The notes under the pieces are model-generated. The model did no database searches, was not told the origin of the DNA, and saw only the letters and a program-made list of their open reading frames with translations. Source: Candidatus Woesearchaeota archaeon (GTDB lineage: Archaea > Nanobdellota > Nanobdellia > Woesearchaeales > SKGA01). Taken from it: a DNA stretch of 25,021 nucleotides. The stretch is from NCBI GenBank assembly GCA_016926395.1, contig JAFGOT010000009.1, positions 1 to 25,021 on the forward strand. The letters run 5' to 3'. Position numbers and translations under genes: made by a program. Positions 15,972 to 24,651 of the stretch are shown here, piece by piece; the stretch's first letter is position 1; each line of letters starts with the position of its first letter.

Positions 15972-15994
15972 ATAACTACTAGAACGAAAGTGCA

Positions 15995-16002
15995 TTTATA
16001 AA
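15995..16002 (-). promoter_or_regulatory. TATA box of hef (leaderless)
   Basis: TTTATAAA at -31..-24 from ATG 15971. Confidence 0.6.
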
Positions 16003-16086
16003 GTTGTGTTGTAGATGTCAAATTGACCAGTGCGGATTGAATGAAAAAAGATGAAAAAGAAAGTAAATTGTACATGCGGGGGAAGT

Positions 16087-16153
16087 TTTAAATAGGTGTT
16101 CTTCTTCTTGATTTTCAAACAATACCAGTATATGGTTTAGCTTAAATGGGGTG
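16087..16153 (+). promoter_or_regulatory. Promoter (TTTAAATA) and SD (GGGGTG) of polC
   Basis: TTTAAATA at 16087-16094 after purine-rich GGGGAAG; GGGGTG at 16148-16153, 5 nt before TTG 16159. Confidence 0.5.
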
Positions 16154-16158
16154 CTTAT

Positions 16159-19100
16159 TTGGTCGAAACAGACATTAAATGTAGCAAGGAAATTTTAGAA
16201 TATTTTGAATATCTTGATTCTTATACAAAAAGAGCTCACAAAGTATCAAAACTAGCAAGAGCTAAAGGATATGATCCTGACGAAGAAGTTGAAATTAAAC
16301 TAGCAAAAAACATGGCTGAAAGAGTAGTAGGTCTTATTTCTGTTTTAGCTCCAAAAATTGGAGAAAGCACAGTAGTTGAAAGAATAATTGAATTAGAAAA
16401 AAAATATGGATCTCAAGATTGGAGAGTTGCGATGGAAATTGCGCTCGAGATTGCACAACAAAAACACGTAAAATTTGAAACAGAACTTGAAGCAATAGAA
16501 ATTGGTGTGCGAACAGGATTTGCATACGTTACAGTGGGTGTTGTTTCTAGTCCACTTGAAGGGTTGACAAGCATAGAGATTAAACCACGAAGAGACGGGC
16601 AAGGAAAATTTTTTAGATTAAATTATGCAGGACCGATTCGAAACGCGGGAGGAACTGCTGCAGCAACAAGCGTCCTAATCGCAGACTATGTGAGAAAACA
16701 TTTGGGATACGCAAAGTATGATCCTGACGAAAAAGAAATACTAAGATGTTTTGCAGAACTTGAAGATTATCATCAATACATCGCAAACTTACAATACTAT
16801 CCATTCAAAGAAGAAACAGAATTTCTAATGAAAAATATTCCTGTTGAAATCGCAGGAGACCCAAGTGAAAAAAGAGAATTATCTAATGCAAGCCTAAAAG
16901 ATTTGCCAAGAGTAGAAACAAATTTACTTAGAAGCGGATATTGTTTAATTCACTCATCATGTATTCCATTAAAAGCTCCAAAACTATGGAAAAAATTAGG
17001 AACATGGGGACATGAAATGGGAATGGAAGACTGGGATTTTCTTGAAAAACACATCAAACTACAAAAAGAATTGAAAACAAAAATCTCAGCATCAGGAAAG
17101 AAAAGCGAAGATGGTGGAGCAAAAGTAAAACCAGACGGCGTGTTTGTAAAAGACCTTGTTGGTGGACGACCTGTTCTTGGGCACCCCATGAGAAGTGGGG
17201 GATTTAGATTACGTTATGGAAGAAGTCGAGCAAGCGGATACTCCGGACAAAGTGCACATCCCGCAACACTAGCAGTTCTTAATAATTTAATAGCAACAGG
17301 AACACAACTAAAAGTTGAACGACCAGGAAAAGCAGCTGCATTTACTCCATGCGATAGCATTTGTGGACCGGTTGTAAAATTAAAAAATGGAACAGTAAAA
17401 TACTTAGACGATGTTGGTGAAGCAAGTCAGTTAAGTAAAGATGTTGAAGAAATAATTTATTTAGGAGATGTCCTAATTAACTATGGTGACTTTTTTGATA
17501 GAGCACATATTTTAGTTCCACCAGGATATTGTGAAGAATATTGGATTTTGGAACTGAAAGAAGCACTGGAAGAACAAACAGAAAGTAAAGAAATAAACGA
17601 CCATGCAGAGTATTTAGGATTGTCAGAAAGTTCATTAAAGCAAATATATGAGCATCCAATTGAAACCAAAGTATCTTTTATTACTGCAAAAAATATTGCA
17701 ATGAAAACAAAAACAGCATTACACCCAAGACATACATATTTTTACAAAGAAATAACACTTGATAACTTAAAAGATTTTATCAGATGGCTTGAACAAGCAA
17801 ATTTTAAACTAGAAGATGAAAAAATAATTCTTCCGTATGCAGACGAATATAAATCAGGAAAAAGAGCATTAGAAATACTTGGAATACCGCACGATGTTGT
17901 TGATAATAAAGTAATAATAACAGAAGATAAAACTCTTGCAATAATAACAAGTCTTAACATTAGATGTTCACTTGACGCAAAAAGCGTTGCAAACTTAATT
18001 GAAGAAACAGAAAGCAAAAATGTTTTAGAATTTGTAAACGAACTAGCACCATATCTTGTGAAAGACAAATCAGGATTATTTATTGGCTCAAGAATGGGAC
18101 GACCAGAAAAAGCAAAGATGAGAAAACTAACAGGAAGCCCCCATGGTCTTTTTCCAGTAGGAGAAGAGGGTGGACGACTAAGAAGTTTTCAATCAGCACT
18201 TGAAGTGGGAAAAGTAACAAGTTCTTTTCCAATATACATTTGTCCAAAATGTAAAAATCGAACACCGTTCTCAATATGTGATATGTGTGAAAGCAAAACT
18301 GTAAGATACAAATATAATCCTAAAACAAAAGAAGAAATTCATCCAGATAAATATGAAAAAAAAGAAGGAGAATTTATTATGGATTATAAGGAATGGAGTG
18401 TTCCGATAAGATCTCTTTTTGATTATTGTCTTAAGAAAATGGATACAAAAATTTATCCAGATTTAATCAAAGGCGTTAGAGGAACAGTTGGAAAAGACCA
18501 CACTCCCGAACATTTAATCAAAGCAATACTTAGAGCAAAACACGGAGTTCATGTAAATAAAGACGGAACTGTTAGATATGATGCAAGCGAGATAACACTA
18601 ACACATTTTAAGCCAAAAGAGATAGGAACATCAGTTTCAAGATTAATAGAATTAGGATATAAAAAAGATATTTATGGAAAAGAATTAACAAACGAAGAAC
18701 AAATCTTAGAATTAAAAGCACAAGATCTAGTTTTGCCTGCATGTCCTGACGCGTTGGACGAAGGAAGTGATTTGGTTCTTTTAAGAACAACACAATTCAT
18801 TGATGAAATGCTAGAAGTTCTCTACGAACAACCAGCATTTTACAATTGCAAAACTGCAGAAGATTTAGCAGGACACCTAGTGATTGGTCTAGCGCCACAC
18901 ACCTCAGCAGGAACGGTTGGAAGAATAATTGGATTTTCAAAAACACAAGGTTTTTTGGCACATCCGCTTTATCACGCGGCAATGAGACGAGATTGTGATG
19001 GTGATGAAAGTTGTGTTTTTTTACTAACAGATGCCATGCTTAATTTTTCAAAAAAGTATATGGGAACAAGCAGAGGAAGCACGATGGATGCACCTATTGT

Positions 19101-19749
19101 TCTTACAACCCTTTTAGATCCTTCAGAAGTGGATGATATGGCATTTAATGTTGATATCGTCGATCATTATCCTTTAAAATTTTATAGAGCAGCAGATGAA
19201 TACAAATACCCTTGGGACATAAAAATACAACGAATCGAAGACGTGCTTGGAACAGAAAAACAGTTCGAAGGAATGATGTTTACACACAATACAAGTGATT
19301 TAAATTTAGGCGTTTTATGTTCAGACTACAAATTATTACCAAGCATGGCAGAAAAAATAGCAAGTCAAATGGACTTGGCAAAAAAAATTAGAGCTGTTGA
19401 TGCAAGTGATGTCGCTAGATTAACAATAGATAAACACTTTATTAGAGACACAAAAGGGAACTTGAGAAAATTTAGTTTACAACAATTTAGATGTGTTTCG
19501 TGTAACAAAAAATATAGACGACCACCACTAATAGGAAAATGTGACGAATGTGGTGGGAAAATATTATTTACAATATCAGAAGGATCGATAGTAAAATACA
19601 TAGACATGAGTATAAAACTGGCAGAAGAATATGGGTGTACACCATATCTAAAAGAAACACTATATTTGACAAAAAGAAGAATAACAGATGTTTTTGGAAT
19701 AGAAAAAGAAAAACAAACAGGATTAGGACAATTCATGACAGAATCATAA
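16159..19749 (+). CDS. polC: DNA polymerase D large subunit DP2
   Basis: YAGPIRNAGGT, GGFRLRYGR, TQLKVERPGK, RMGRPEKAKMRK, catalytic RRDCDGDE, RGSTMDAP, C-terminal CxxC Zn site and PIP box QTGLGQF. TTG start; no intein. Confidence 0.99.
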   Translation: MVETDIKCSKEILEYFEYLDSYTKRAHKVSKLARAKGYDPDEEVEIKLAKNMAERVVGLISVLAPKIGESTVVERIIELEKKYGSQDWRVAMEIALEIAQQKHVKFETELEAIEIGVRTGFAYVTVGVVSSPLEGLTSIEIKPRRDGQGKFFRLNYAGPIRNAGGTAAATSVLIADYVRKHLGYAKYDPDEKEILRCFAELEDYHQYIANLQYYPFKEETEFLMKNIPVEIAGDPSEKRELSNASLKDLPRVETNLLRSGYCLIHSSCIPLKAPKLWKKLGTWGHEMGMEDWDFLEKHIKLQKELKTKISASGKKSEDGGAKVKPDGVFVKDLVGGRPVLGHPMRSGGFRLRYGRSRASGYSGQSAHPATLAVLNNLIATGTQLKVERPGKAAAFTPCDSICGPVVKLKNGTVKYLDDVGEASQLSKDVEEIIYLGDVLINYGDFFDRAHILVPPGYCEEYWILELKEALEEQTESKEINDHAEYLGLSESSLKQIYEHPIETKVSFITAKNIAMKTKTALHPRHTYFYKEITLDNLKDFIRWLEQANFKLEDEKIILPYADEYKSGKRALEILGIPHDVVDNKVIITEDKTLAIITSLNIRCSLDAKSVANLIEETESKNVLEFVNELAPYLVKDKSGLFIGSRMGRPEKAKMRKLTGSPHGLFPVGEEGGRLRSFQSALEVGKVTSSFPIYICPKCKNRTPFSICDMCESKTVRYKYNPKTKEEIHPDKYEKKEGEFIMDYKEWSVPIRSLFDYCLKKMDTKIYPDLIKGVRGTVGKDHTPEHLIKAILRAKHGVHVNKDGTVRYDASEITLTHFKPKEIGTSVSRLIELGYKKDIYGKELTNEEQILELKAQDLVLPACPDALDEGSDLVLLRTTQFIDEMLEVLYEQPAFYNCKTAEDLAGHLVIGLAPHTSAGTVGRIIGFSKTQGFLAHPLYHAAMRRDCDGDESCVFLLTDAMLNFSKKYMGTSRGSTMDAPIVLTTLLDPSEVDDMAFNVDIVDHYPLKFYRAADEYKYPWDIKIQRIEDVLGTEKQFEGMMFTHNTSDLNLGVLCSDYKLLPSMAEKIASQMDLAKKIRAVDASDVARLTIDKHFIRDTKGNLRKFSLQQFRCVSCNKKYRRPPLIGKCDECGGKILFTISEGSIVKYIDMSIKLAEEYGCTPYLKETLYLTKRRITDVFGIEKEKQTGLGQFMTES

Positions 19750-19765
19750 AAAACCATATCAAAAA

Positions 19766-20176
19766 TTAGAATTTACTATTAACAGAATATTTTGCACCAC
19801 ACGCACTACATCTAACAAAATAAACGCCAGTATCTTTTGAAAGCTTAGTGTCAGGTTTTCCACATTCTTTACAAATAACAAATTGATCAGTAAACTGTTG
19901 AATACGCTCGTTAATTTTGGAGGCAGAAAGTTTAGTGTTAAAAATTACAAAAGTGTTTTCAACTAATCCTTTAGTTGCCATTTGTTTTTCAATATATTTA
20001 ACAAGAATCTCAGTTGGACGTTGAATGGTGCTTGCAATTTGGTTTAAATTGCTAATAACTGTTTTGTTTCCTTGAAGATGACCTTTAATTTTAGGAATAG
20101 TAAATCGTTCTCCTTTAGTAATATCTTCAGGAAGGGCTTCTCGGCCTTTTTTTAGCATTGCTTCATAATCCAACAT
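19766..20176 (-). CDS. eif2b: Translation initiation factor aIF2 beta subunit
   Basis: YEAMLKKG..LP...ERFTIP, GNKTVISNL..IA..IQR, FVICKECGKPDT, RCSACGA. Start moved to ATG 20176 (AGGTGA SD). Confidence 0.96.
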   Translation of the reverse strand: MLDYEAMLKKGREALPEDITKGERFTIPKIKGHLQGNKTVISNLNQIASTIQRPTEILVKYIEKQMATKGLVENTFVIFNTKLSASKINERIQQFTDQFVICKECGKPDTKLSKDTGVYFVRCSACGAKYSVNSKF

Positions 20177-20253
20177 AATCACCTTAAACTTAAGTGTATG
20201 AGAGAAAAGGGAGCCTCTTTTTAAATGTTTAGTCAAAACACAAATTCTAAACC

Positions 20254-20261
20254 TTTTTAAA
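20254..20261 (+). promoter_or_regulatory. TATA box for the leaderless 243-aa membrane protein gene
   Basis: TTTTTAAA at -31..-24 from ATG 20285. A second box on the - strand (20225-20218) may serve eif2b. Confidence 0.5.
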
Positions 20262-20284
20262 TGATTATTAGCAATAATTAAAGC

Positions 20285-21016
20285 ATGAGTCTTGAAACAC
20301 GTCTAAAAAGAAACTTTAAATTCGATGCAACCGAGAGTCATGAGTTTTTATTTAGCGTCATTATAACAACAATCATCATCTTTATGTTTTCTTGGAGAAC
20401 AACAGATTATACATTTATTCTAGCAATTAGAGACTTAGTCCTTCTGGCAATAATAAGCTTAGTAAGCTTGTTTGTGTTTGTTGGAGGAATAAAGTTTTTT
20501 GCAATCGGTAGAGGATATACAGCAAACTACAACTATTGGATTGGTGGCCTTTTAGGAGGGTTTTTGATTAGTTTCATAACATATGGCTTTTTACCCATTG
20601 TATTTCCAGGAATAATAAACTTAAAAACAAACGACAGATTAAGACACGGACAAATTTTTATTGGAGAGAACAAAGTTGATGTTTTTTGGATACTAGCAAG
20701 CGGGCTTATAACAACAATTCTTTTTTCGTTTGTTTTATTAATTATTTATTCTATAACAGGATTTGAACTAATATACTATGGAGCTTTATTAAACGCATTT
20801 ATTGGTTTTTTTGCGAGTCTTCCGTTTCCAAACAACATAGGCCTTCATATGTTTTATATGAAGAAGAAACCATACTTCTTTTTTTTAGGAATGACCTCTT
20901 TTGTTCTTGTTTTGGTTCAAGCAAAAAACATACTTAACTTATTGATTGGTCTTGGAATATTTATTATTTTAGCCTACATACTAAAAAAATTCTTCCTAAC
21001 AAAATACAAAATTTAA
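20285..21016 (+). CDS. Polytopic membrane protein, site-2 protease (M50)-like, catalytic residues absent
   Basis: About 6-7 hydrophobic segments. Motif layout matches short archaeal M50 proteins (K..A...GY.A.Y..W..GL; PG; A.G; LP.P...G), but HExxH reads FVGGI and NxxPxxxLDG reads SLPFPNNIG. Confidence 0.65.
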   Translation: MSLETRLKRNFKFDATESHEFLFSVIITTIIIFMFSWRTTDYTFILAIRDLVLLAIISLVSLFVFVGGIKFFAIGRGYTANYNYWIGGLLGGFLISFITYGFLPIVFPGIINLKTNDRLRHGQIFIGENKVDVFWILASGLITTILFSFVLLIIYSITGFELIYYGALLNAFIGFFASLPFPNNIGLHMFYMKKKPYFFFLGMTSFVLVLVQAKNILNLLIGLGIFIILAYILKKFFLTKYKI

Positions 21017-21285
21017 GCAACCATTGAGTAAAACCCTTTTAGAAAAAGATACGATCCAGATAATATACTAAAAAATAATATTGGAAAAAGTATTGCAATT
21101 AAAGCATAACAACCTACGCCAAAGTCAATGGTGCTTAGCAAATCTCCTTTGAACATGAACTTTTTTAACATCAAAAACAATGCAGAGACTAAAAGAAAGC
21201 GAAAAGGCAAATCAATAAAAGGGGCTATAAGGATAACTGTAGCAATTAACAAATCCATAACTCCAAAAAAGTTTATAATAAACAT
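21013..21285 (-). CDS. Small multi-TM membrane protein with an internal two-fold repeat
   Basis: Almost wholly hydrophobic ~90 aa; halves D-LLIA...FLMLKKF and D-FGVG...YLFLKGF. Start ATG 21285, or TTG 21303 overlapping the upstream stop. Confidence 0.75.
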   Translation of the reverse strand: MFIINFFGVMDLLIATVILIAPFIDLPFRFLLVSALFLMLKKFMFKGDLLSTIDFGVGCYALIAILFPILFFSILSGSYLFLKGFYSMVA

Positions 21286-21299
21286 AAAAAGATGAAAAA

Positions 21300-21794
21300 T
21301 CAATTGTGTAAATAAATCTTTTTGTAGAGATTAATAAATTCCTCTTGAGAAACAGGAATTCCTGCATCACTAAATGTTTGAGCTAATTTCTTTCCAGGCC
21401 TGTCCTCTGTTGATTCTGGAGCGAAGAAATTCTGCAAATCATCTAAAGCGAAACCAGATAAATAACGATCATTAATAAAAAGAACACACTCAGACTCTCC
21501 TTTTGTTACTTTGTTGTTTGCAAAACTGATAACTATGTCCTCAAAAATGAGACGTGCTTGCTTTCGTATAAAACCTCGAGAAATAAATTCGTTTGAAATA
21601 ATATTTCTAATACACTCCTTGGACGGTTCATCAAAATTTATTTGAATAGGAGAAAAGACTTCGCTTTTTGGAGGGATTTCAACTATCGGACCTAAATATT
21701 TTTTTACATGTTGCTTGACTTTGCCTTTTTTCCATTGATTTTTTACTAAGTAAGCATATTTCTTTCCTTTAATTGTTTTGGCTCTGACAAACAT
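21300..21794 (-). CDS. Hypothetical protein with basic N-terminal beta-sheet (IS1634/IS4 transposase N-terminus-like)
   Basis: MFVRAKTIKGKKYAYLVKNQWKKGKVKQHVKKYLG, then ~130 aa with no DDE motif. Start ATG 21794 or TTG 21803. Confidence 0.8.
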   Translation of the reverse strand: MFVRAKTIKGKKYAYLVKNQWKKGKVKQHVKKYLGPIVEIPPKSEVFSPIQINFDEPSKECIRNIISNEFISRGFIRKQARLIFEDIVISFANNKVTKGESECVLFINDRYLSGFALDDLQNFFAPESTEDRPGKKLAQTFSDAGIPVSQEEFINLYKKIYLHN

Positions 21795-21799
21795 GAATC

Positions 21800-23362
21800 T
21801 CAACTCTTTTCTTCTTTTGATTTTTGTTTTGAAATGTTTTCTTTTTCTAAAGCCAACCTCTCTGCTACGGTTCTGACGTCTTTTGAAGAATTAAAGTTCA
21901 TGAATTTAACTTCTCGCGTCTTTAAAGAAACCGCAATAACACGACCTGGTTGAGGTTCTAGTCCTCTTTTTTCCTGGTCTTCAGTAATTGCTCCCCACCC
22001 AGAACAATTAATACAAGTGACGTTTCTATATGTTTTGGATTGTGCTCGATGAATGTGACCAGTGGCAAAGATATCTGGAATGGGATCAATGACTAAAGGA
22101 TCTTCATAAGTATCTGGAACATATAGTGTTGAACCATGACTTGGTGCTAAATGTCTTCTTTTTAACAAGTAAACCATAATGTCGTCTGCTAATTTTTGAC
22201 CACCACCAGACCGTATAGAAGGAATGGCGTCAGAATAATAAATTAAAGAATAACCATGATATAATAAAACATCAATACCTGCAAATTCATCAGTAACATC
22301 AACAGAAACATATGCAGGATTAGAAACCATAATCACATTATCCATATCCCATAATCTTTGTGCATATTCTTTTGGAATTGGAAGTTGAGGTTCTGCAATT
22401 CGTCCAATGTCGTGATTTCCTGGACAAATAATTATTTTGATGTGCTTTGGAATTTTTTCAAACAACTCAGCGACATAATCATATTGATCTTTAGAAGACA
22501 TTATTTCAAGATCGTTCTCTTGACCTGGATAAATACCAACTCCTTCAATTAAATCCCCAACCACAAACAAATATTTTGTTTTGGAAGCAATTTCTCGCTG
22601 AGCCGGTGAACCAATTTTTCCATTAAGCCACAAAAGGACACGATGTATTTCTTTTTTCAAAAAAACATTTGAACCAGCATGCAAATCACTCAAAAAAACA
22701 GCATAATGATCATAAGGCGATTTTTTTAATTCTTTAGATAAAGGGATGTCTGGAAAAACAATTGTGTTAGAAAAAACAATGTCTCCTCCTGTAGAACCAA
22801 CAACACCAATAACTTCATCATAACTTAAATCTTTGCCAATTTCTAAAAGATCTTTGTTATCTTTATTTATTAACACATTAATCGTTCCTGATAAATCTTC
22901 AAGAGTTAATATTATATGTCCATTTTTCGTTTCGTTTTTTTCAGCAACCATGCCAATAATAGAAACAGTTTCTCTTTCGGATTTTTGCTTAACTCTAGAA
23001 ATAGAAGTTAAACCAGTAAGTTCTGAACGAGATTTTAAAATTGATTCGATTGATTTAAAACGAATATTAAAATATTTAACAAAATCCTGAACCGATCTTT
23101 TTGAAGGTGTTTTTTCATGAGATTTAAGAATAGAAATTCTTCCTTGAGTATCTTTAGTAACAAAGAAAGATGAGAAAAAAATACTCGTATCTACTTCTGG
23201 GAAAAATTTTTTGAAAAAAGCAAGAAGTCTGTCTTTTAATTCTTCTTTTGGAGTGTACTTAATAATTTTATCAACAGAGGCGGTTACAGATTCATCTACT
23301 AATTCTCCTTGGTCGACAAGAAAATCAATCACTTTAGTTGTATTCATATTAGTAACCTTCAT
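21800..23362 (-). CDS. polB: DNA polymerase D small subunit DP1 (proofreading exonuclease)
   Basis: OB fold IIGMVAEKNETKNGH..LEDLSG; phosphoesterase motifs SDLH, GDLIEG, PGNHD, YHG and GHIH intact. Start may be 23347. Confidence 0.98.
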   Translation of the reverse strand: MKVTNMNTTKVIDFLVDQGELVDESVTASVDKIIKYTPKEELKDRLLAFFKKFFPEVDTSIFFSSFFVTKDTQGRISILKSHEKTPSKRSVQDFVKYFNIRFKSIESILKSRSELTGLTSISRVKQKSERETVSIIGMVAEKNETKNGHIILTLEDLSGTINVLINKDNKDLLEIGKDLSYDEVIGVVGSTGGDIVFSNTIVFPDIPLSKELKKSPYDHYAVFLSDLHAGSNVFLKKEIHRVLLWLNGKIGSPAQREIASKTKYLFVVGDLIEGVGIYPGQENDLEIMSSKDQYDYVAELFEKIPKHIKIIICPGNHDIGRIAEPQLPIPKEYAQRLWDMDNVIMVSNPAYVSVDVTDEFAGIDVLLYHGYSLIYYSDAIPSIRSGGGQKLADDIMVYLLKRRHLAPSHGSTLYVPDTYEDPLVIDPIPDIFATGHIHRAQSKTYRNVTCINCSGWGAITEDQEKRGLEPQPGRVIAVSLKTREVKFMNFNSSKDVRTVAERLALEKENISKQKSKEEKS

Positions 23363-23380
23363 TTAAAATTAAAAAAATTT

Positions 23381-24616
23381 CTAATCTAAATCAGCAATAG
23401 TAATGTCTAACTCTTTAGATAACATTGAATAAATTTTATCAATAAGATGTGTTGGAACACCCATGTGTATTTCTCTAGTTCTTCCATGACGTCCTTTGGA
23501 TATAACTTTAGCATTAATTAAACCAAGCATATCAAGCTCTCCAACAATGTCAGATAATCGTCTTTGGGTTATAGGTCTTAAACCCACTTTTGAACAAAGA
23601 TCTTTGTAAACAGAATATACATCACCAGTAAATACTCCTTTTTTCTTATGACTTTCGTCTTGAAGTAAAGAAAATATTGAAAAAAGTGTTGCCTGATGTT
23701 GTTTTGGTTGTGTTTTAACAACATCTACCACTCTGTCTTTTTCTATTTTGTTTTCAGCTTCATCAAGGTGATCTAAAGTTACTTTTGGAGATTTGCTTCT
23801 TTCAGCTAATTCTCCAGCTACACGCAATAAATCAATTGCCCTTCTTGCATCACCATAATCTCTTGCAACATATGCAGAACATTTTGGAATAACACCTGCA
23901 TCAACCACGTTTTCTTTGAAAGCTAAATCAGACCGTTTTTTTAAAATGTCTTGGATTTGAATAGCATTATAAGGTGGAAAAATTAGTTCTTCTTCTGTTA
24001 AAGAACTTTTAACTCTAGGATCAAGATGATTTGCAAACATTAAATCATTACTAATACCAATTATTGAAATTTGAGAATTAGATAATTCAGAATTAATTCT
24101 TGTTAAATTGTAAAGAATACCATCTCCTACTTTTTTTACTAATTGATCAATCTCATCTAAAATTAACATTAAAACAACATGAGCATCTTCTAATGCTTTA
24201 AAAAAAATCTTATAAACTTCATCAGTTGGGAGGCCTGTTGGAGGAATAACTTTTCCAAATTCTCTTGCGATTTCTGCAATTAAACGATATTCAGTGTCAG
24301 CAACTTTTTTTAATTTACAATTAATGTAAATAACTTTAACTGACGCCCCTGCTTCTTTTGAAACAGATAAAATCTCATCTGCCGTATACTTTACAGATAA
24401 TGTTTTTCCTGTTCCTGTTTTTCCATAAATAAAAACATTAGACGGTTTTTCTGATTTTAAAGCAGGAGATAAAATTTCAGCAATTTGATTTATTTGTTCA
24501 TCTCTATGTTCTATTTCATCAGGAATATAACTTGCTTGCATAGATTTTTTATCTTTAAAAACAGAATCTTGTTTAACAAATTCTCTTAATTTATCACTTA
24601 ATTTTAATTTAACCAT
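23381..24616 (-). CDS. cdc6: Orc1/Cdc6 replication initiator
   Basis: HRDEQI, Walker A GKTGTGKT, Walker B LILDEID, LDPRVKSSL, FPPYN, GDARRAIDLLR, C-terminal winged helix with GRHGRTR. ATG 24616 with GGGTG SD. Confidence 0.99.
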   Translation of the reverse strand: MVKLKLSDKLREFVKQDSVFKDKKSMQASYIPDEIEHRDEQINQIAEILSPALKSEKPSNVFIYGKTGTGKTLSVKYTADEILSVSKEAGASVKVIYINCKLKKVADTEYRLIAEIAREFGKVIPPTGLPTDEVYKIFFKALEDAHVVLMLILDEIDQLVKKVGDGILYNLTRINSELSNSQISIIGISNDLMFANHLDPRVKSSLTEEELIFPPYNAIQIQDILKKRSDLAFKENVVDAGVIPKCSAYVARDYGDARRAIDLLRVAGELAERSKSPKVTLDHLDEAENKIEKDRVVDVVKTQPKQHQATLFSIFSLLQDESHKKKGVFTGDVYSVYKDLCSKVGLRPITQRRLSDIVGELDMLGLINAKVISKGRHGRTREIHMGVPTHLIDKIYSMLSKELDITIADLD

Positions 24617-24651
24617 AAATACACCCACACAACGATATCAATAAGATTAAA

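Noticed and set aside
18970-19010. Possible intein or inactive site in DP2 (RRDCDGDES versus RRNCDGDED)
   Set aside because: This known intein insertion region is uninterrupted, the length is normal, and both catalytic Asp of DGD are present.
19365-19757. 130-aa - strand ORF with several Cys
   Set aside because: Antisense to the polC C-terminus, with no SD or promoter and no family signature.
21300-21803. Possible insertion sequence
   Set aside because: Only the N-terminal beta-sheet pattern resembles a transposase. It is too short, with no DDE domain, terminal inverted repeats or target duplication.
19-24616. Alternative genetic code or stop-codon readthrough
   Set aside because: TGA, TAA and TAG all terminate conserved genes at the expected positions, and no gene appears split.
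24617-24628. GTG-initiated extension of cdc6, and similar upstream starts in the ORF track (rps5, rpl32e, rps8, rpl4, hef, eif2b, rnp1)
   Set aside because: Several upstream codons coincide with SD (GGTG) or TATA sequences, and the downstream starts have proper SD or promoter spacing and match family N-termini.
24625-24630. CCACAC hexamer matching the ORB core
   Set aside because: Only 6 bp, lacks TTCCA and GAAA, and overlaps the cdc6 SD, so chance is sufficient.
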